From Escherichia coli (GTDB lineage: Bacteria; Pseudomonadota; Gammaproteobacteria; Enterobacterales; Enterobacteriaceae), in NCBI RefSeq assembly GCF_044324875.1, contig NZ_CP172185.1: DNA of 64,000 bases; one strand, 5' to 3'. A program made the translations under genes and the position numbers. Below are positions 1 to 12,122 of the stretch, one piece after another (the first letter of the stretch is position 1; each line of letters begins with the position of its first letter). Under the pieces are notes generated by a model, which worked only from the letters and a program-made list of their open reading frames with translations, was not told the origin of the DNA and did not search any database.

Positions 1-804
1 GCCGACAAATCCACGTTGCTCAAGAGTGCTCTGCCAACCAGGAATCGGTTTATTCACTACACCCTGCCCACGCTCCTCACGCCATTCGCGCATATCCGTA
101 ATGTCGATGAGCGCACCGTCAGTCACGGCCTGCACGGTTTCACGCTGGCTTCCGGCACGGCGATGCATACAGGTGGTGATCTGCAAAGGACCGGCCGAAA
201 AATGGTGCTCGGCAAACAGCATTTCGCCAGCGTCATTAGTCAGTAGCGTACCGCCATCCAGAGAGGCTTTGCCGCCCGACAACCACAGCGCGGTATCCAC
301 CACATGCAGATAATCATCCAGCAACGTGAAATAAAGATCGTGTGGCCCGACGCTATTGCTACGATGTTTATCCATTCTTAGCGAGGCTGCGGTGGCGAGT
401 TGCGTTTTTAACTCACCGTAGAGTGGTGCGAAACGACGGTTAAAACCGACCATCAACGTCAGTTTTTTCCGCGCCGCAAGTTCCACCAGCCGTTCAGCAT
501 CGCGCAGATTTTCTGCCAGCGGTTTATCGACACAGACATGTACCCCCGCATTGAGTAACGTACTGACCACGTCAAAGTGGCTGGCGGTGCTGGAATGCAC
601 AAAAACCGCATCGCAACTGGCGGCAAGGCTGGATAACGAATCGGCATAAGGAATGCGCCAGCTTTCACAAATTGGCAGGGCTTTCGCGCGCGTAGGCGAC
701 CAGGCTCCTTGTAACATCCAGTCAGACGCTGCCGCCAGCACCGGTAACCACGCTTTTTGCGCAATGCCGCCTAATCCCACTACGCCGATACGTAATTTTT
801 TCAC
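1..804 (-). CDS. yceM: Gfo/Idh/MocA-family oxidoreductase YceM (MviM), 5'-proximal part only; gene continues beyond window start
   Basis: Reverse-strand reading from a GTG at 802-804 gives VKKLRIGVVGLGGIAQKAW..., open to position 1; absent from ORF track because no stop lies in the window; synteny with yceH/rimJ. Confidence 0.8.
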   Translation of the reverse strand, partial: MKKLRIGVVGLGGIAQKAWLPVLAAASDWMLQGAWSPTRAKALPICESWRIPYADSLSSLAASCDAVFVHSSTASHFDVVSTLLNAGVHVCVDKPLAENLRDAERLVELAARKKLTLMVGFNRRFAPLYGELKTQLATAASLRMDKHRSNSVGPHDLYFTLLDDYLHVVDTALWLSGGKASLDGGTLLTNDAGEMLFAEHHFSAGPLQITTCMHRRAGSQRETVQAVTDGALIDITDMREWREERGQGVVNKPIPGWQSTLEQRGFVG

Positions 805-805
805 T

Positions 806-2048
<1,243 letters not shown>

Positions 2049-2283
2049 TCTATACCTACTCCTTCCCGTAACGTCTTTAATACGCTGTAAGTATTACTAT
2101 ACCTGCGCAACCAGACCCTGTGAAAAGTCCAGAATGCCATTTTCTGCATTATTCACATATTTGATAAAAACTCTCTATCAAAGCGACGTTTTGATAAAAA
2201 AATATTGTCCCCGAAGTGATGGGAAAAGTCTTAGCGGCAATGCAGAATAGAAAGTGCTCATCTTTTATTTCCCGGGAGGGGAA

Positions 2284-3492
2284 ATGTCCCGCGTGTCGCA
2301 GGCGAGGAACCTGGGTAAATATTTCCTGCTCATCGATAATATGCTGGTCGTGCTGGGGTTCTTTGTTGTCTTCCCGCTGATCTCTATCCGCTTCGTTGAT
2401 CAAATGGGCTGGGCCGCCGTCATGGTCGGTATTGCCCTCGGCCTACGCCAGTTTATTCAGCAAGGTCTGGGTATTTTCGGCGGAGCAATTGCCGACCGCT
2501 TTGGTGCCAAACCGATGATTGTTACCGGTATGCTGATGCGTGCCGCCGGATTCGCCACAATGGGTATCGCCCACGAACCGTGGCTACTGTGGTTTTCATG
2601 CCTGCTTTCGGGACTCGGCGGCACGTTGTTTGATCCGCCGCGTTCGGCGCTGGTGGTGAAATTAATCCGTCCACAGCAGCGTGGTCGTTTTTTCTCGCTG
2701 TTGATGATGCAGGACAGTGCCGGTGCGGTCATTGGCGCATTGTTGGGGAGCTGGCTGTTGCAATACGACTTTCGCCTGGTCTGCGCCACAGGGGCAGTTT
2801 TGTTTGTGCTGTGTGCAGCGTTCAATGCGTGGTTGTTACCGGCATGGAAACTCTCCACCGTACGCACGCCCGTTCGCGAAGGCATGACCCGCGTGATGCG
2901 CGACAAGCGTTTTGTCACCTATGTCCTGACGCTGGCGGGTTACTACATGCTGGCTGTACAAGTGATGCTGATGCTGCCAATTATGGTCAACGACGTGGCG
3001 GGCGCGCCCTCTGCCGTTAAATGGATGTATGCCATTGAAGCGTGTCTGTCGTTAACGTTGCTCTATCCTATCGCCCGCTGGAGTGAAAAGCATTTTCGTC
3101 TGGAACATCGGTTGATGGCTGGGCTGTTGATAATGTCATTAAGCATGATGCCAGTGGGCATGGTCAGCGGCCTGCAACAACTTTTCACCCTGATTTGTCT
3201 GTTTTATATCGGGTCGATCATTGCCGAGCCTGCGCGTGAAACCTTAAGTGCTTCGCTGGCAGACGCAAGAGCTCGCGGCAGCTATATGGGGTTTAGCCGT
3301 CTGGGTCTGGCGATTGGCGGCGCTATTGGTTATATCGGTGGCGGCTGGCTGTTTGACCTGGGCAAATCGGCGCACCAGCCAGAGCTTCCGTGGATGATGC
3401 TGGGCATTATTGGCATCTTCACTTTCCTTGCGCTGGGTTGGCAGTTTAGCCAGAAACGCGCCGCGCGTCGTTTGCTTGAACGCGACGCCTGA
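2284..3492 (+). CDS. mdtH: MFS multidrug efflux transporter MdtH
   Basis: ORF 2254-3492; ATG at 2284 gives [27 protein letters not shown]..., 12-TM MFS pattern. Confidence 0.9.
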
Positions 3493-3555
3493 TTTGATAC
3501 TCCCCCCTGACTCCTCCATACTGAAAGTGAACTGACAGCCAAATGGAGGAGTCAC

Positions 3556-4203
3556 GTGAAGCTATACATTTACGATCACTGCCCTTACTGCCTCAAAGCC
3601 CGCATGATTTTCGGCCTGAAAAATATCCCCGTCGAATTACATGTTCTGCTCAACGACGACGCAGAAACACCCACCCGGATGGTCGGTCAAAAACAGGTTC
3701 CCATTCTGCAAAAAGATGACAGCCGCTATATGCCAGAAAGCATGGACATCGTTCACTATGTCGATAAACTCGACGGCAAACCGTTACTGACCGGCAAACG
3801 TTCCCCTGCCATTGAAGAGTGGCTGCGCAAGGTCAATGGCTACGCCAACAAACTGCTGTTGCCGCGTTTTGCCAAATCGGCATTTGATGAGTTTTCTACT
3901 CCCGCCGCGCGCAAATATTTCGTCGACAAGAAAGAGGCCAGCGCGGGTAATTTTGCCGACCTGCTGGCCCACTCTGACGGTCTGATTAAGAATATCAGCG
4001 ATGATTTACGTGCGCTGGACAAACTGATCGTCAAACCGAACGCCGTGAATGGCGAACTTTCGGAAGATGATATTCAGCTATTTCCGCTCCTGCGTAATCT
4101 GACGCTGGTAGCCGGAATCAACTGGCCAAGCCGCGTTGCTGATTACCGCGATAATATGGCGAAACAGACACAAATCAATTTGTTATCATCAATGGCGATT
4201 TAA
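3556..4203 (+). CDS. grxB: glutaredoxin 2
   Basis: 215-aa ORF with CPYC active site (MKLYIYDHCPYCLKAR...); GTG start preceded by GGAGGA. Confidence 0.92.
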   Translation: MKLYIYDHCPYCLKARMIFGLKNIPVELHVLLNDDAETPTRMVGQKQVPILQKDDSRYMPESMDIVHYVDKLDGKPLLTGKRSPAIEEWLRKVNGYANKLLLPRFAKSAFDEFSTPAARKYFVDKKEASAGNFADLLAHSDGLIKNISDDLRALDKLIVKPNAVNGELSEDDIQLFPLLRNLTLVAGINWPSRVADYRDNMAKQTQINLLSSMAI

Positions 4204-4336
4204 TCCTGACCCGCCGCGGCAGCCTGTATTCGCGGGTTGCCGCCGTTTTCAGTTTTTTCTGCTGGCGCGTTTATCGCTGGTGACACATGCTGCGTTGTGT
4301 CAGGATATTGACGCAGATTTCATGTCGAGGACTACC

Positions 4337-4897
4337 ATGAACAAGTTTTTATTTGCCGCTGCATTGATCGTCAGTGGCCTGCTCGTTGGCTGTAATCAAC
4401 TCACCCAATACACCATCACCGAACAAGAAATTAACCAGTCGCTTGCGAAACATAATAATTTCTCAAAAGATATCGGTTTACCCGGCGTGGCTGACGCCCA
4501 TATTGTTCTGACAAACCTGACCAGCCAAATTGGTCGCGAAGAGCCGAATAAGGTTACCCTAACCGGAGACGCCAATCTGGACATGAACTCCCTGTTCGGT
4601 AGCCAGAAAGCGACCATGAAACTGAAGCTGAAAGCGCTGCCCGTGTTTGATAAAGAAAAAGGTGCGATCTTCCTGAAAGAGATGGAAGTGGTCGATGCGA
4701 CGGTACAACCGGAAAAAATGCAAACGGTGATGCAAACGTTGCTCCCCTATTTGAACCAGGCATTACGCAATTACTTTAACCAGCAACCAGCTTACGTCCT
4801 GCGCGAAGATGGCAGCCAGGGCGAAGCAATGGCGAAGAAACTGGCGAAAGGCATTGAAGTGAAGCCAGGCGAAATTGTCATTCCGTTTACTGATTAA
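4337..4897 (+). CDS. yceB: lipoprotein YceB (DUF1439)
   Basis: Internal ATG of ORF 4136-4897 gives MNKFLFAAALIVSGLLVGC lipobox signal peptide; 186 aa. Confidence 0.9.
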   Translation: MNKFLFAAALIVSGLLVGCNQLTQYTITEQEINQSLAKHNNFSKDIGLPGVADAHIVLTNLTSQIGREEPNKVTLTGDANLDMNSLFGSQKATMKLKLKALPVFDKEKGAIFLKEMEVVDATVQPEKMQTVMQTLLPYLNQALRNYFNQQPAYVLREDGSQGEAMAKKLAKGIEVKPGEIVIPFTD

Positions 4898-4902
4898 TCA
4901 CG

Positions 4903-4928
4903 AGGGCGCATTCGCGCCCTTTATTTTT
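4903..4928 (+). terminator. rho-independent terminator downstream of yceB
   Basis: GC stem agggcgc/gcgccct with 4-nt loop followed by T-run ttatttttcg. Confidence 0.6.
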
Positions 4929-4935
4929 CGTGCAA

Positions 4936-4951
4936 AGGAAAACGTTTCCGC
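4936..4951. promoter_or_regulatory. candidate PurR operator in pyrC control region
   Basis: Palindrome aggaaaacgtttccgc resembles the PurR box (ACGCAAACGTTTGCGT-type); pyrC is a known PurR target. Confidence 0.5.
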
Positions 4952-5002
4952 TTATCCTTTGTGTCCGGCAAAAACATCCCTTCAGCCGGAGCATAGAGAT
5001 TA

Positions 5003-6049
5003 ATGACTGCACCATCCCAGGTATTAAAGATCCGCCGCCCAGACGACTGGCACCTTCACCTCCGCGATGGCGACATGTTAAAAACTGTCGTGCCGTATAC
5101 CAGCGAAATTTATGGACGGGCTATCGTAATGCCCAATCTGGCTCCGCCCGTGACCACCGTTGAGGCTGCCGTGGCTTATCGCCAGCGTATTCTTGACGCC
5201 GTACCTGCCGGGCACGATTTCAGCCCGCTGATGACCTGTTATTTGACAGATTCACTAGACCCTAATGAGCTTGAGCGTGGATTTAACGAAGGCGTGTTCA
5301 CCGCTGCCAAACTTTACCCGGCAAACGCAACCACTAACTCCAGTCACGGCGTGACGTCAGTTGACGCAATCATGCCGGTACTTGAGCGCATGGAAAAAAT
5401 CGGTATGCCGTTACTGGTGCATGGTGAAGTGACACATGCAGATATCGACATTTTTGATCGTGAAGCGCGCTTTATTGAAAGCGTGATGGAACCGCTGCGC
5501 CAGCGCCTGACTGCGCTGAAAGTCGTTTTTGAGCACATCACCACCAAAGATGCTGCCGACTATGTCCGTAACGGAAATGAACGGCTGGCTGCCACCATCA
5601 CTCCGCAGCATCTGATGTTTAACCGCAACCATATGCTGGTTGGTGGCGTGCGTCCACACCTGTATTGTCTACCCATCCTCAAACGCAATATTCACCAACA
5701 GGCACTGCGTGAACTGGTCGCCAGCGGTTTTAATCGCGTATTCCTCGGTACGGATTCTGCGCCGCATGCACGTCATCGCAAAGAGAGCAGCTGCGGCTGC
5801 GCGGGCTGCTTCAACGCCCCCACCGCGCTGGGCAGTTACGCTACCGTCTTTGAAGAGATGAATGCTCTGCAGCACTTTGAAGCATTCTGTTCTGTAAACG
5901 GCCCGCAGTTCTATGGCTTGCCGGTCAACGACACATTCATCGAACTGGTCCGCGAAGAGCAACAGGTTGCTGAAAGCATCGCATTGACTGATGACACACT
6001 GGTGCCATTCCTCGCCGGGGAAACGGTACGCTGGTCCGTTAAACAATAA
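5003..6049 (+). CDS. pyrC: dihydroorotase
   Basis: 348-aa [30 protein letters not shown]... canonical class II dihydroorotase. Confidence 0.95.
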   Translation: MTAPSQVLKIRRPDDWHLHLRDGDMLKTVVPYTSEIYGRAIVMPNLAPPVTTVEAAVAYRQRILDAVPAGHDFSPLMTCYLTDSLDPNELERGFNEGVFTAAKLYPANATTNSSHGVTSVDAIMPVLERMEKIGMPLLVHGEVTHADIDIFDREARFIESVMEPLRQRLTALKVVFEHITTKDAADYVRNGNERLAATITPQHLMFNRNHMLVGGVRPHLYCLPILKRNIHQQALRELVASGFNRVFLGTDSAPHARHRKESSCGCAGCFNAPTALGSYATVFEEMNALQHFEAFCSVNGPQFYGLPVNDTFIELVREEQQVAESIALTDDTLVPFLAGETVRWSVKQ

Positions 6050-6085
6050 AAATCCTAGCTTCCTGTTGTCATTAGGTTATTTTAC

Positions 6086-6101
6086 CTGTATAAATAACCA
6101 G
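6086..6101. promoter_or_regulatory. LexA (SOS) box upstream of dinI
   Basis: CTGTATAAATAACCAG fits CTG-N10-CAG consensus, 22 bp upstream of the dinI start. Confidence 0.75.
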
Positions 6102-6122
6102 TATATTCAACAGGGGGCTATT

Positions 6123-6368
6123 ATGCGAATTGAAGTCACCATAGCGAAAACTTCTCCATTGCCAGCTGGGGCTATTGACGCCCTGGCTGGCGAACTTTCC
6201 CGCCGTATTCAGTATGCGTTTCCTGATAATGAAGGCCACGTATCGGTACGTTATGCCGCAGCGAATAATTTATCGGTTATTGGCGCAACAAAAGAAGATA
6301 AACAGCGCATTAGCGAAATTCTCCAGGAAACGTGGGAAAGCGCCGATGACTGGTTTGTCAGCGAATAA
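6123..6368 (+). CDS. dinI: DNA damage-inducible protein I
   Basis: Internal ATG of ORF 5991-6368 gives 81-aa MRIEVTIAKTSPLPAGAIDALAGELSRR... Confidence 0.92.
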   Translation: MRIEVTIAKTSPLPAGAIDALAGELSRRIQYAFPDNEGHVSVRYAAANNLSVIGATKEDKQRISEILQETWESADDWFVSE

Positions 6369-6389
6369 TATGCAGTGATTTTTGTTTTT

Positions 6390-6416
6390 GCCGGGTCGCC
6401 CCGGCTTTTTTATTTT
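6390..6416 (+). terminator. rho-independent terminator downstream of dinI
   Basis: gccggg-tcgc-cccggc stem-loop followed by ttttttatttt. Confidence 0.6.
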
Positions 6417-6657
6417 ACTTACAAATTTTGAGTACAAAATTTCTACACTTCCTCAAAATAATTGCACAATATGCTAAAAAAATATGAATGACATGCTGTT
6501 TTATTGTTCATATAAATCTTAAAAGCAGAAATTTATCTGTTCCCCCCTTTAAAAATTCGGTGAATACCCTTACTTATTGGTATACTGAAGTTGCTTCAGA
6601 TAAAAACGCATTGAACCTCGAATAACGTTGTCTAGTAACACGAATTAGGGGGCCATG

Positions 6658-6912
6658 ATGGAAAAAAATAATGAAGTCATTCAGACTCATCCGCTCGTAG
6701 GGTGGGACATCAGCACCGTTGATAGCTATGATGCGCTGATGTTGCGTTTGCACTACCAGACCCCAAATAAGTCCGAGCAGGAAGGGACTGAAGTTGGTCA
6801 GACGCTCTGGTTAACCACTGATGTTGCCAGACAATTTATTTCGATATTAGAAGCAGGAATCGCCAAAATTGAATCCGGTGATTTCCCGGTAAACGAGTAT
6901 CGGCGTCATTAA
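6658..6912 (+). CDS. bssS: biofilm regulator BssS
   Basis: ORF 6655-6912, MEKNNEVIQTHPLVGWDISTVDSYDALMLRLHYQ... Confidence 0.9.
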   Translation: MEKNNEVIQTHPLVGWDISTVDSYDALMLRLHYQTPNKSEQEGTEVGQTLWLTTDVARQFISILEAGIAKIESGDFPVNEYRRH

Positions 6913-7026
6913 CATGACATGACCATCCACCCAAAAGGCACCTCACCGGTGCCTTTACCATTTCTGGGTTGTATATCTGCATTCAGTTAATTACTCTGCT
7001 TAAACCATGAGAGCAGAGAGAAAAAA

Positions 7027-8145
7027 ATGAAATACGATCTCATCATTATTGGCAGCGGTTCCGTAGGCGCTGCCGCCGGGTATTATGCAACCCGTGCCGG
7101 TTTAAACGTGCTAATGACCGACGCCCATATGCCACCACATCAACACGGCAGCCACCACGGCGATACGCGATTAATTCGCCATGCTTATGGTGAAGGCGAA
7201 AAGTATGTCCCGCTGGTTCTCCGCGCGCAAACGCTGTGGGATGAACTCTCCCGCCACAACGAAGAAGATCCCATTTTTGTACGCTCTGGCGTCATTAACC
7301 TTGGCCCGGCTGATTCCACATTTCTCGCCAACGTCGCCCACAGCGCCGAACAATGGCAACTCAACGTTGAAAAGCTCGATGCGCAAGGGATTATGGCCCG
7401 CTGGCCGGAAATACGCGTCCCGGACAACTACATCGGCTTATTTGAGACTGATTCCGGTTTTTTGCGCAGCGAACTGGCGATTAAAACCTGGATCCAACTG
7501 GCGAAGGAAGCGGGCTGTGCGCAGCTGTTCAACTGCCCGGTCACCGCAATTCGTCATGACGATGATGGCGTAACTATTGAAACGGCTGACGGTGATTATC
7601 AGGCGAAAAAAGCGATTGTCTGCGCGGGAACATGGGTAAAAGACCTGCTCCCGGAGCTGCCTGTCCAGCCCGTACGCAAAGTATTTGCCTGGTATCAGGC
7701 CGATGGTCGCTATAGCGTGAAGAATAAATTCCCGGCGTTTACCGGTGAACTGCCCAATGGCGATCAATATTATGGTTTTCCGGCAGAAAACGACGCGTTG
7801 AAGATTGGCAAACATAACGGAGGCCAGGTTATCCATTCAGCGGATGAACGTGTTCCGTTTGCGGAAGTGGTCAGCGATGGTTCGGAAGCCTTCCCGTTCT
7901 TGCGCAATGTATTGCCGGGTATCGGTTGCTGCCTGTACGGCGCTGCCTGCACCTATGATAATTCGCCTGACGAAGATTTTATTATCGATACCCTACCCGA
8001 CCACGATAATACACTGCTCATTACCGGCCTGAGTGGGCACGGTTTTAAATTTGCGTCAGTTTTAGGGGAAATAGCTGCCGATTTTGCGCAAGACAAAAAA
8101 AGCGATTTTGATTTGACGCCATTCAGGCTTTCCCGCTTCCAATAA
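7027..8145 (+). CDS. solA: N-methyl-L-tryptophan oxidase
   Basis: 372-aa ORF with N-terminal FAD-binding GSGSVG motif ([20 protein letters not shown]...). Confidence 0.93.
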
Positions 8146-8165
8146 TCATCATTACGGCCTCCAGA

Positions 8166-8306
8166 ATGAGGCCGTTTTTACAGGAGTATTTAATGCGTCG
8201 GCTGTTGCACTATCTCATCAATAATATTCGCGAGCATCTGATGCTTTATCTTTTTCTCTGGGGATTGTTGGCAATTATGGATCTGATCTATGTGTTTTAT
8301 TTTTAG
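8166..8306 (+). CDS. yceO: small protein YceO
   Basis: 46-codon [49 protein letters not shown] read directly from sequence (below ORF-track size cutoff). Confidence 0.7.
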
Positions 8307-8566
8307 TTTTCCGCACTGACATAAACTGACAAATATTTAATCTCCCTTTCATTTAGCGTGAAAAATTGAATGAGATTATTCCTGCTTCTACAGCACTCAC
8401 CAGACATCTCTGATGCTGAACCCACTAAACTTATGAAGATTCTTTCATTATTAATTCAAAATTATTGAAATAAAAATAAATATCATTCAATTTGTTATTT
8501 TTGTGTTGCAATTCATTCTCCGACACGCCATTTTCTTTCTCTCGCAAATTCGTTTTGGATGCACTT

Positions 8567-9133
8567 ATGTCATTCACAAATACCCCTGAACGCTATGGTG
8601 TTATATCTGCGGCCTTCCATTGGCTAAGCGCAATTATTGTCTACGGCATGTTTGCTTTAGGTCTGTGGATGGTCACGCTCAGTTATTACGATGGCTGGTA
8701 TCACAAAGCACCCGAACTGCATAAAAGCATCGGTATTTTGTTAATGATGGGGCTGGTTATTCGCGTTCTGTGGCGCGTCATATCTCCACCGCCGGGTCCG
8801 CTGCAGAGTTATTCGCCCATGACTCGTCTTGGCGCAAAGGCTGGACATCTCGCATTGTACTTATTGCTGTTCGCCATCGGCATCAGCGGCTATCTGATCT
8901 CAACTGCCGATGGTAAACCGATCAGCGTTTTTGGCTGGTTTGACGTCCCCGCGACCCTCGCCGACGCTGGCGCACAGGCTGACTTCGCCGGTGCCCTGCA
9001 TTTTTGGCTCGCGTGGAACGTCGTAGTACTGTCCGTTATGCATGGATTTATGGCCCTGAAGCATCATTTCATCGATAAAGACGACACTCTGAAGCGCATG
9101 CTGGGAAAGTCGTCATCTGACTATGGAGTATAA
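8567..9133 (+). CDS. yceJ: cytochrome b561 family protein YceJ
   Basis: Internal ATG of ORF 8492-9133 gives MSFTNTPERYGVISAAFHWLSAIIVYG..., membrane b-type cytochrome pattern. Confidence 0.9.
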   Translation: MSFTNTPERYGVISAAFHWLSAIIVYGMFALGLWMVTLSYYDGWYHKAPELHKSIGILLMMGLVIRVLWRVISPPPGPLQSYSPMTRLGAKAGHLALYLLLFAIGISGYLISTADGKPISVFGWFDVPATLADAGAQADFAGALHFWLAWNVVVLSVMHGFMALKHHFIDKDDTLKRMLGKSSSDYGV

Positions 9134-9136
9134 AAA

Positions 9137-9712
9137 ATGAAAAAAAGCCTGCTTGGTTTAACCTTCGCTTCCCTGATGTTCTCTGCCGGTTCAGCGGTTG
9201 CCGCCGATTACAAAATTGACAAAGAAGGTCAGCACGCCTTTGTTAACTTTCGCATCCAGCATCTTGGCTATAGCTGGTTATATGGCACCTTTAAAGATTT
9301 CGACGGTACTTTTACCTTTGATGAAAAAAATCCGGCTGCCGATAAAGTGAATGTGACAATTAACACCACCAGCGTCGATACTAATCACGCCGAACGCGAT
9401 AAACATCTTCGCAGTGCAGATTTCCTCAATACTGCAAAATATCCACTGGCAACATTCACCTCCACCAGCGTGAAGAAAGACGGTGACGACCTGGATATTA
9501 CCGGCGATCTGACGCTGAATGGCGTAACCAAACCCGTCACGCTGGAAGCGAAATTAATTGGTCAAGGCGACGACCCGTGGGGTGGTAAACGTGCAGGCTT
9601 CGAGGCCGAAGGCAAAATTAAGCTCAAGGACTTCAATATCAAAACAGATTTAGGTCCAGCTTCTCAGGAAGTGGATCTGATTATTTCAGTGGAAGGCGTA
9701 CAGCAGAAGTAA
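9137..9712 (+). CDS. yceI: periplasmic polyisoprenoid-binding protein YceI
   Basis: 191-aa ORF with signal peptide [22 protein letters not shown]. Confidence 0.92.
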   Translation: MKKSLLGLTFASLMFSAGSAVAADYKIDKEGQHAFVNFRIQHLGYSWLYGTFKDFDGTFTFDEKNPAADKVNVTINTTSVDTNHAERDKHLRSADFLNTAKYPLATFTSTSVKKDGDDLDITGDLTLNGVTKPVTLEAKLIGQGDDPWGGKRAGFEAEGKIKLKDFNIKTDLGPASQEVDLIISVEGVQQK

Positions 9713-9722
9713 GCGTGAAATG

Positions 9723-9747
9723 TTGCCGGATGGCACGCATCCGGCAA
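9723..9747. terminator. bidirectional hairpin between convergent yceI and yceA
   Basis: ttgccggatg-gcacg-catccggcaa perfect 10-bp inverted repeat between the two stop codons. Confidence 0.5.
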
Positions 9748-9753
9748 TGATAT

Positions 9754-10806
9754 TTATTCTGTTGGATCAGGAATGCCCAGTGTTGTATTCAGACGTCCAC
9801 GAGACTTATTAAAGATCTTATTGCCATTTTCACGTCCTGCCCGACGGCGTCGCTGTTCTTCAGGCGGTAACGCGCTTTCTTCGCAGCAAATCTCACTACA
9901 ACAACCTTTGTATTTTTCCGCACATACTGGACACTGAATAAAAAGCAGGTGGCAGCCATCATTTTTACAGTTGGTATGGCTGTCGCACGGCGCACCGCAC
10001 TGGTGGCAATGCGCGATAATCTCATCAGATATACGTTCGCCCATCCGCTCGTCAAAAACAAAATTTTTGCCAATAAAACGTACCGGTAAACCCTGCTCGC
10101 GCGCCTTGCGGGCGTATTCAATAATTCCGCCCTCGATATGCCAGACTTTATTGAATCCGTTATGTTTCATCCAGGCACTGGCTTTTTCACAACGAATGCC
10201 GCCGGTGCAGTACATGACGATTTTTTTATCTTTATGTGCCTGCATCATCTCGACTGCTTTTGGCAACTGCTCACGGAAGGTATCTGCCGGAATTTCCAGC
10301 GCGTTTTCAAAGTGCCCCACTTCATACTCATAGTGGTTACGCATGTCGATAAACAATGCATCGGGATCGTCAAGCATGGCGTTCACTTCCGCCGCTTGCA
10401 GATACTCACCCACATTGCTGGCATCGAAGTGAGGATCGTCAATACCGTCGGCAACGATACGATCACGGACCTTCATGCGCAGTACCCAGAAGGATTTCCC
10501 GTCATCATCCAACGCGATATTCAGGCGTAAGCCCTCTAAAGCCGGGTCGAAGGCATAAAGCTGCGCGCGAAATGTTTCAACATTGCTCGCAGGTACGCTG
10601 ATTTGCGCGTTAATGCCCTCATGCGCCAGATACACTCGCCCAAAAACATCCAGCGCGGTAAACAGCTGATATAAAGCGTCACGGGTCGCCTTAGGATCGG
10701 CGATGTGGAAATACTTGTAAAACGAAATGGTGGTTCGCGGTTCGCTCTCAGCCAACATTTTGGCTTTTAACGCGTCGTTGGAAATGCGGTTGTGTAACAC
10801 TGGCAT
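9754..10806 (-). CDS. yceA: rhodanese-domain tRNA uridine(34) hydroxylase YceA (TrhO)
   Basis: ORF 9754-10860; internal start gives [20 protein letters not shown]...; rhodanese Cys motif [11 protein letters not shown] present. Confidence 0.9.
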   Translation of the reverse strand: MPVLHNRISNDALKAKMLAESEPRTTISFYKYFHIADPKATRDALYQLFTALDVFGRVYLAHEGINAQISVPASNVETFRAQLYAFDPALEGLRLNIALDDDGKSFWVLRMKVRDRIVADGIDDPHFDASNVGEYLQAAEVNAMLDDPDALFIDMRNHYEYEVGHFENALEIPADTFREQLPKAVEMMQAHKDKKIVMYCTGGIRCEKASAWMKHNGFNKVWHIEGGIIEYARKAREQGLPVRFIGKNFVFDERMGERISDEIIAHCHQCGAPCDSHTNCKNDGCHLLFIQCPVCAEKYKGCCSEICCEESALPPEEQRRRRAGRENGNKIFNKSRGRLNTTLGIPDPTE

Positions 10807-11030
10807 GGTGTACGGTTCCTGCGAGATGGGAAAGTAAAAATCCGCGGCATGATATAGCAATTATCGATAATTAACATCCACACATTTTACGCTACATTTG
10901 CGCATTAAAAATTATTTGTTATTTACAAGCGCGGCAATTTCGCCCAGTCTTCAGCCACAAATTTTGGTTGCGGGCGAAAAAATGCGACAATACATACAAT
11001 TGCCCGTATAGGTTGAAAAACAGGATTGAT

Positions 11031-11951
11031 ATGACGAATCTACCCAAGTTCTCCACCGCACTGCTTCATCCGCGTTATTGGTTAACCTGGTTGGGTATTG
11101 GCGTACTTTGGTTAGTCGTGCAATTGCCCTACCCGGTTATCTACCGCCTCGGTTGTGGATTAGGAAAACTGGCGTTACGTTTTATGAAACGACGCGCAAA
11201 AATTGTGCATCGCAACCTGGAACTGTGCTTCCCGGAAATGAGCGAACAAGAACGCCGTAAAATGGTGGTGAAGAATTTCGAATCCGTTGGCATGGGACTG
11301 ATGGAAACTGGCATGGCGTGGTTCTGGCCGGACCGCAGAATAGCCCGCTGGACGGAAGTGATCGGCATGGAACACATTCGTGACGTGCAGGCGCAAAAAC
11401 GCGGCATCCTGTTAGTTGGCATCCATTTTCTGACACTGGAGCTGGGTGCGCGGCAGTTTGGTATGCAGGAACCGGGGATTGGCGTTTACCGCCCGAACGA
11501 TAATCCACTGATTGACTGGCTACAAACCTGGGGCCGTTTGCGCTCAAATAAATCGATGCTCGACCGCAAAGATTTAAAAGGCATGATTAAAGCCCTGAAA
11601 AAAGGCGAAGTGGTCTGGTACGCACCGGATCATGATTACGGCCCGCGCTCAAGCGTTTTCGTCCCGTTGTTTGCCGTTGAGCAGGCTGCGACCACGACCG
11701 GAACCTGGATGCTGGCACGGATGTCCGGCGCATGTCTGGTGCCCTTCGTTCCACGCCGTAAGCCAGATGGCAAAGGGTATCAGTTGATTATGCTGCCGCC
11801 AGAGTGTTCTCCGCCGCTGGATGATGCCGAAACCACCGCCGCGTGGATGAACAAAGTGGTCGAAAAATGCATCATGATGGCACCAGAGCAGTATATGTGG
11901 TTACACCGTCGCTTTAAAACACGCCCGGAAGGCGTTCCTTCACGCTATTAA
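11031..11951 (+). CDS. lpxL: lipid A biosynthesis lauroyltransferase
   Basis: Internal ATG of ORF 10968-11951 gives [24 protein letters not shown]..., 306 aa. Confidence 0.93.
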
Positions 11952-12122
11952 ATCTCCCATGCCGGATGCTTCAGAAGGGTATCCGGCATTACCACAGCAA
12001 ATCCCCCTGATTTAGCGATAAAAGCTCTCTGGATTGCGCCCCCTGGAAGTCGGGCGCATAATTAGTGTGCTTATCTTTTCTTCTTATGTTCACCGCGCCT
12101 GGCGCACCAACAGCGGATTGCT

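Noticed and set aside
2457-2918. 153-aa minus-strand ORF inside mdtH (and similar nested ORFs inside pyrC, opgH, clsC, solA)
   Set aside because: Fully nested antisense to well-recognised genes; low-complexity Arg/Ser/Pro-rich translations.
11958-11990. Hairpin after lpxL as rho-independent terminator
   Set aside because: The atgccggat...atccggcat inverted repeat has no following T-run; more likely a REP-like palindrome, so not annotated as a terminator.
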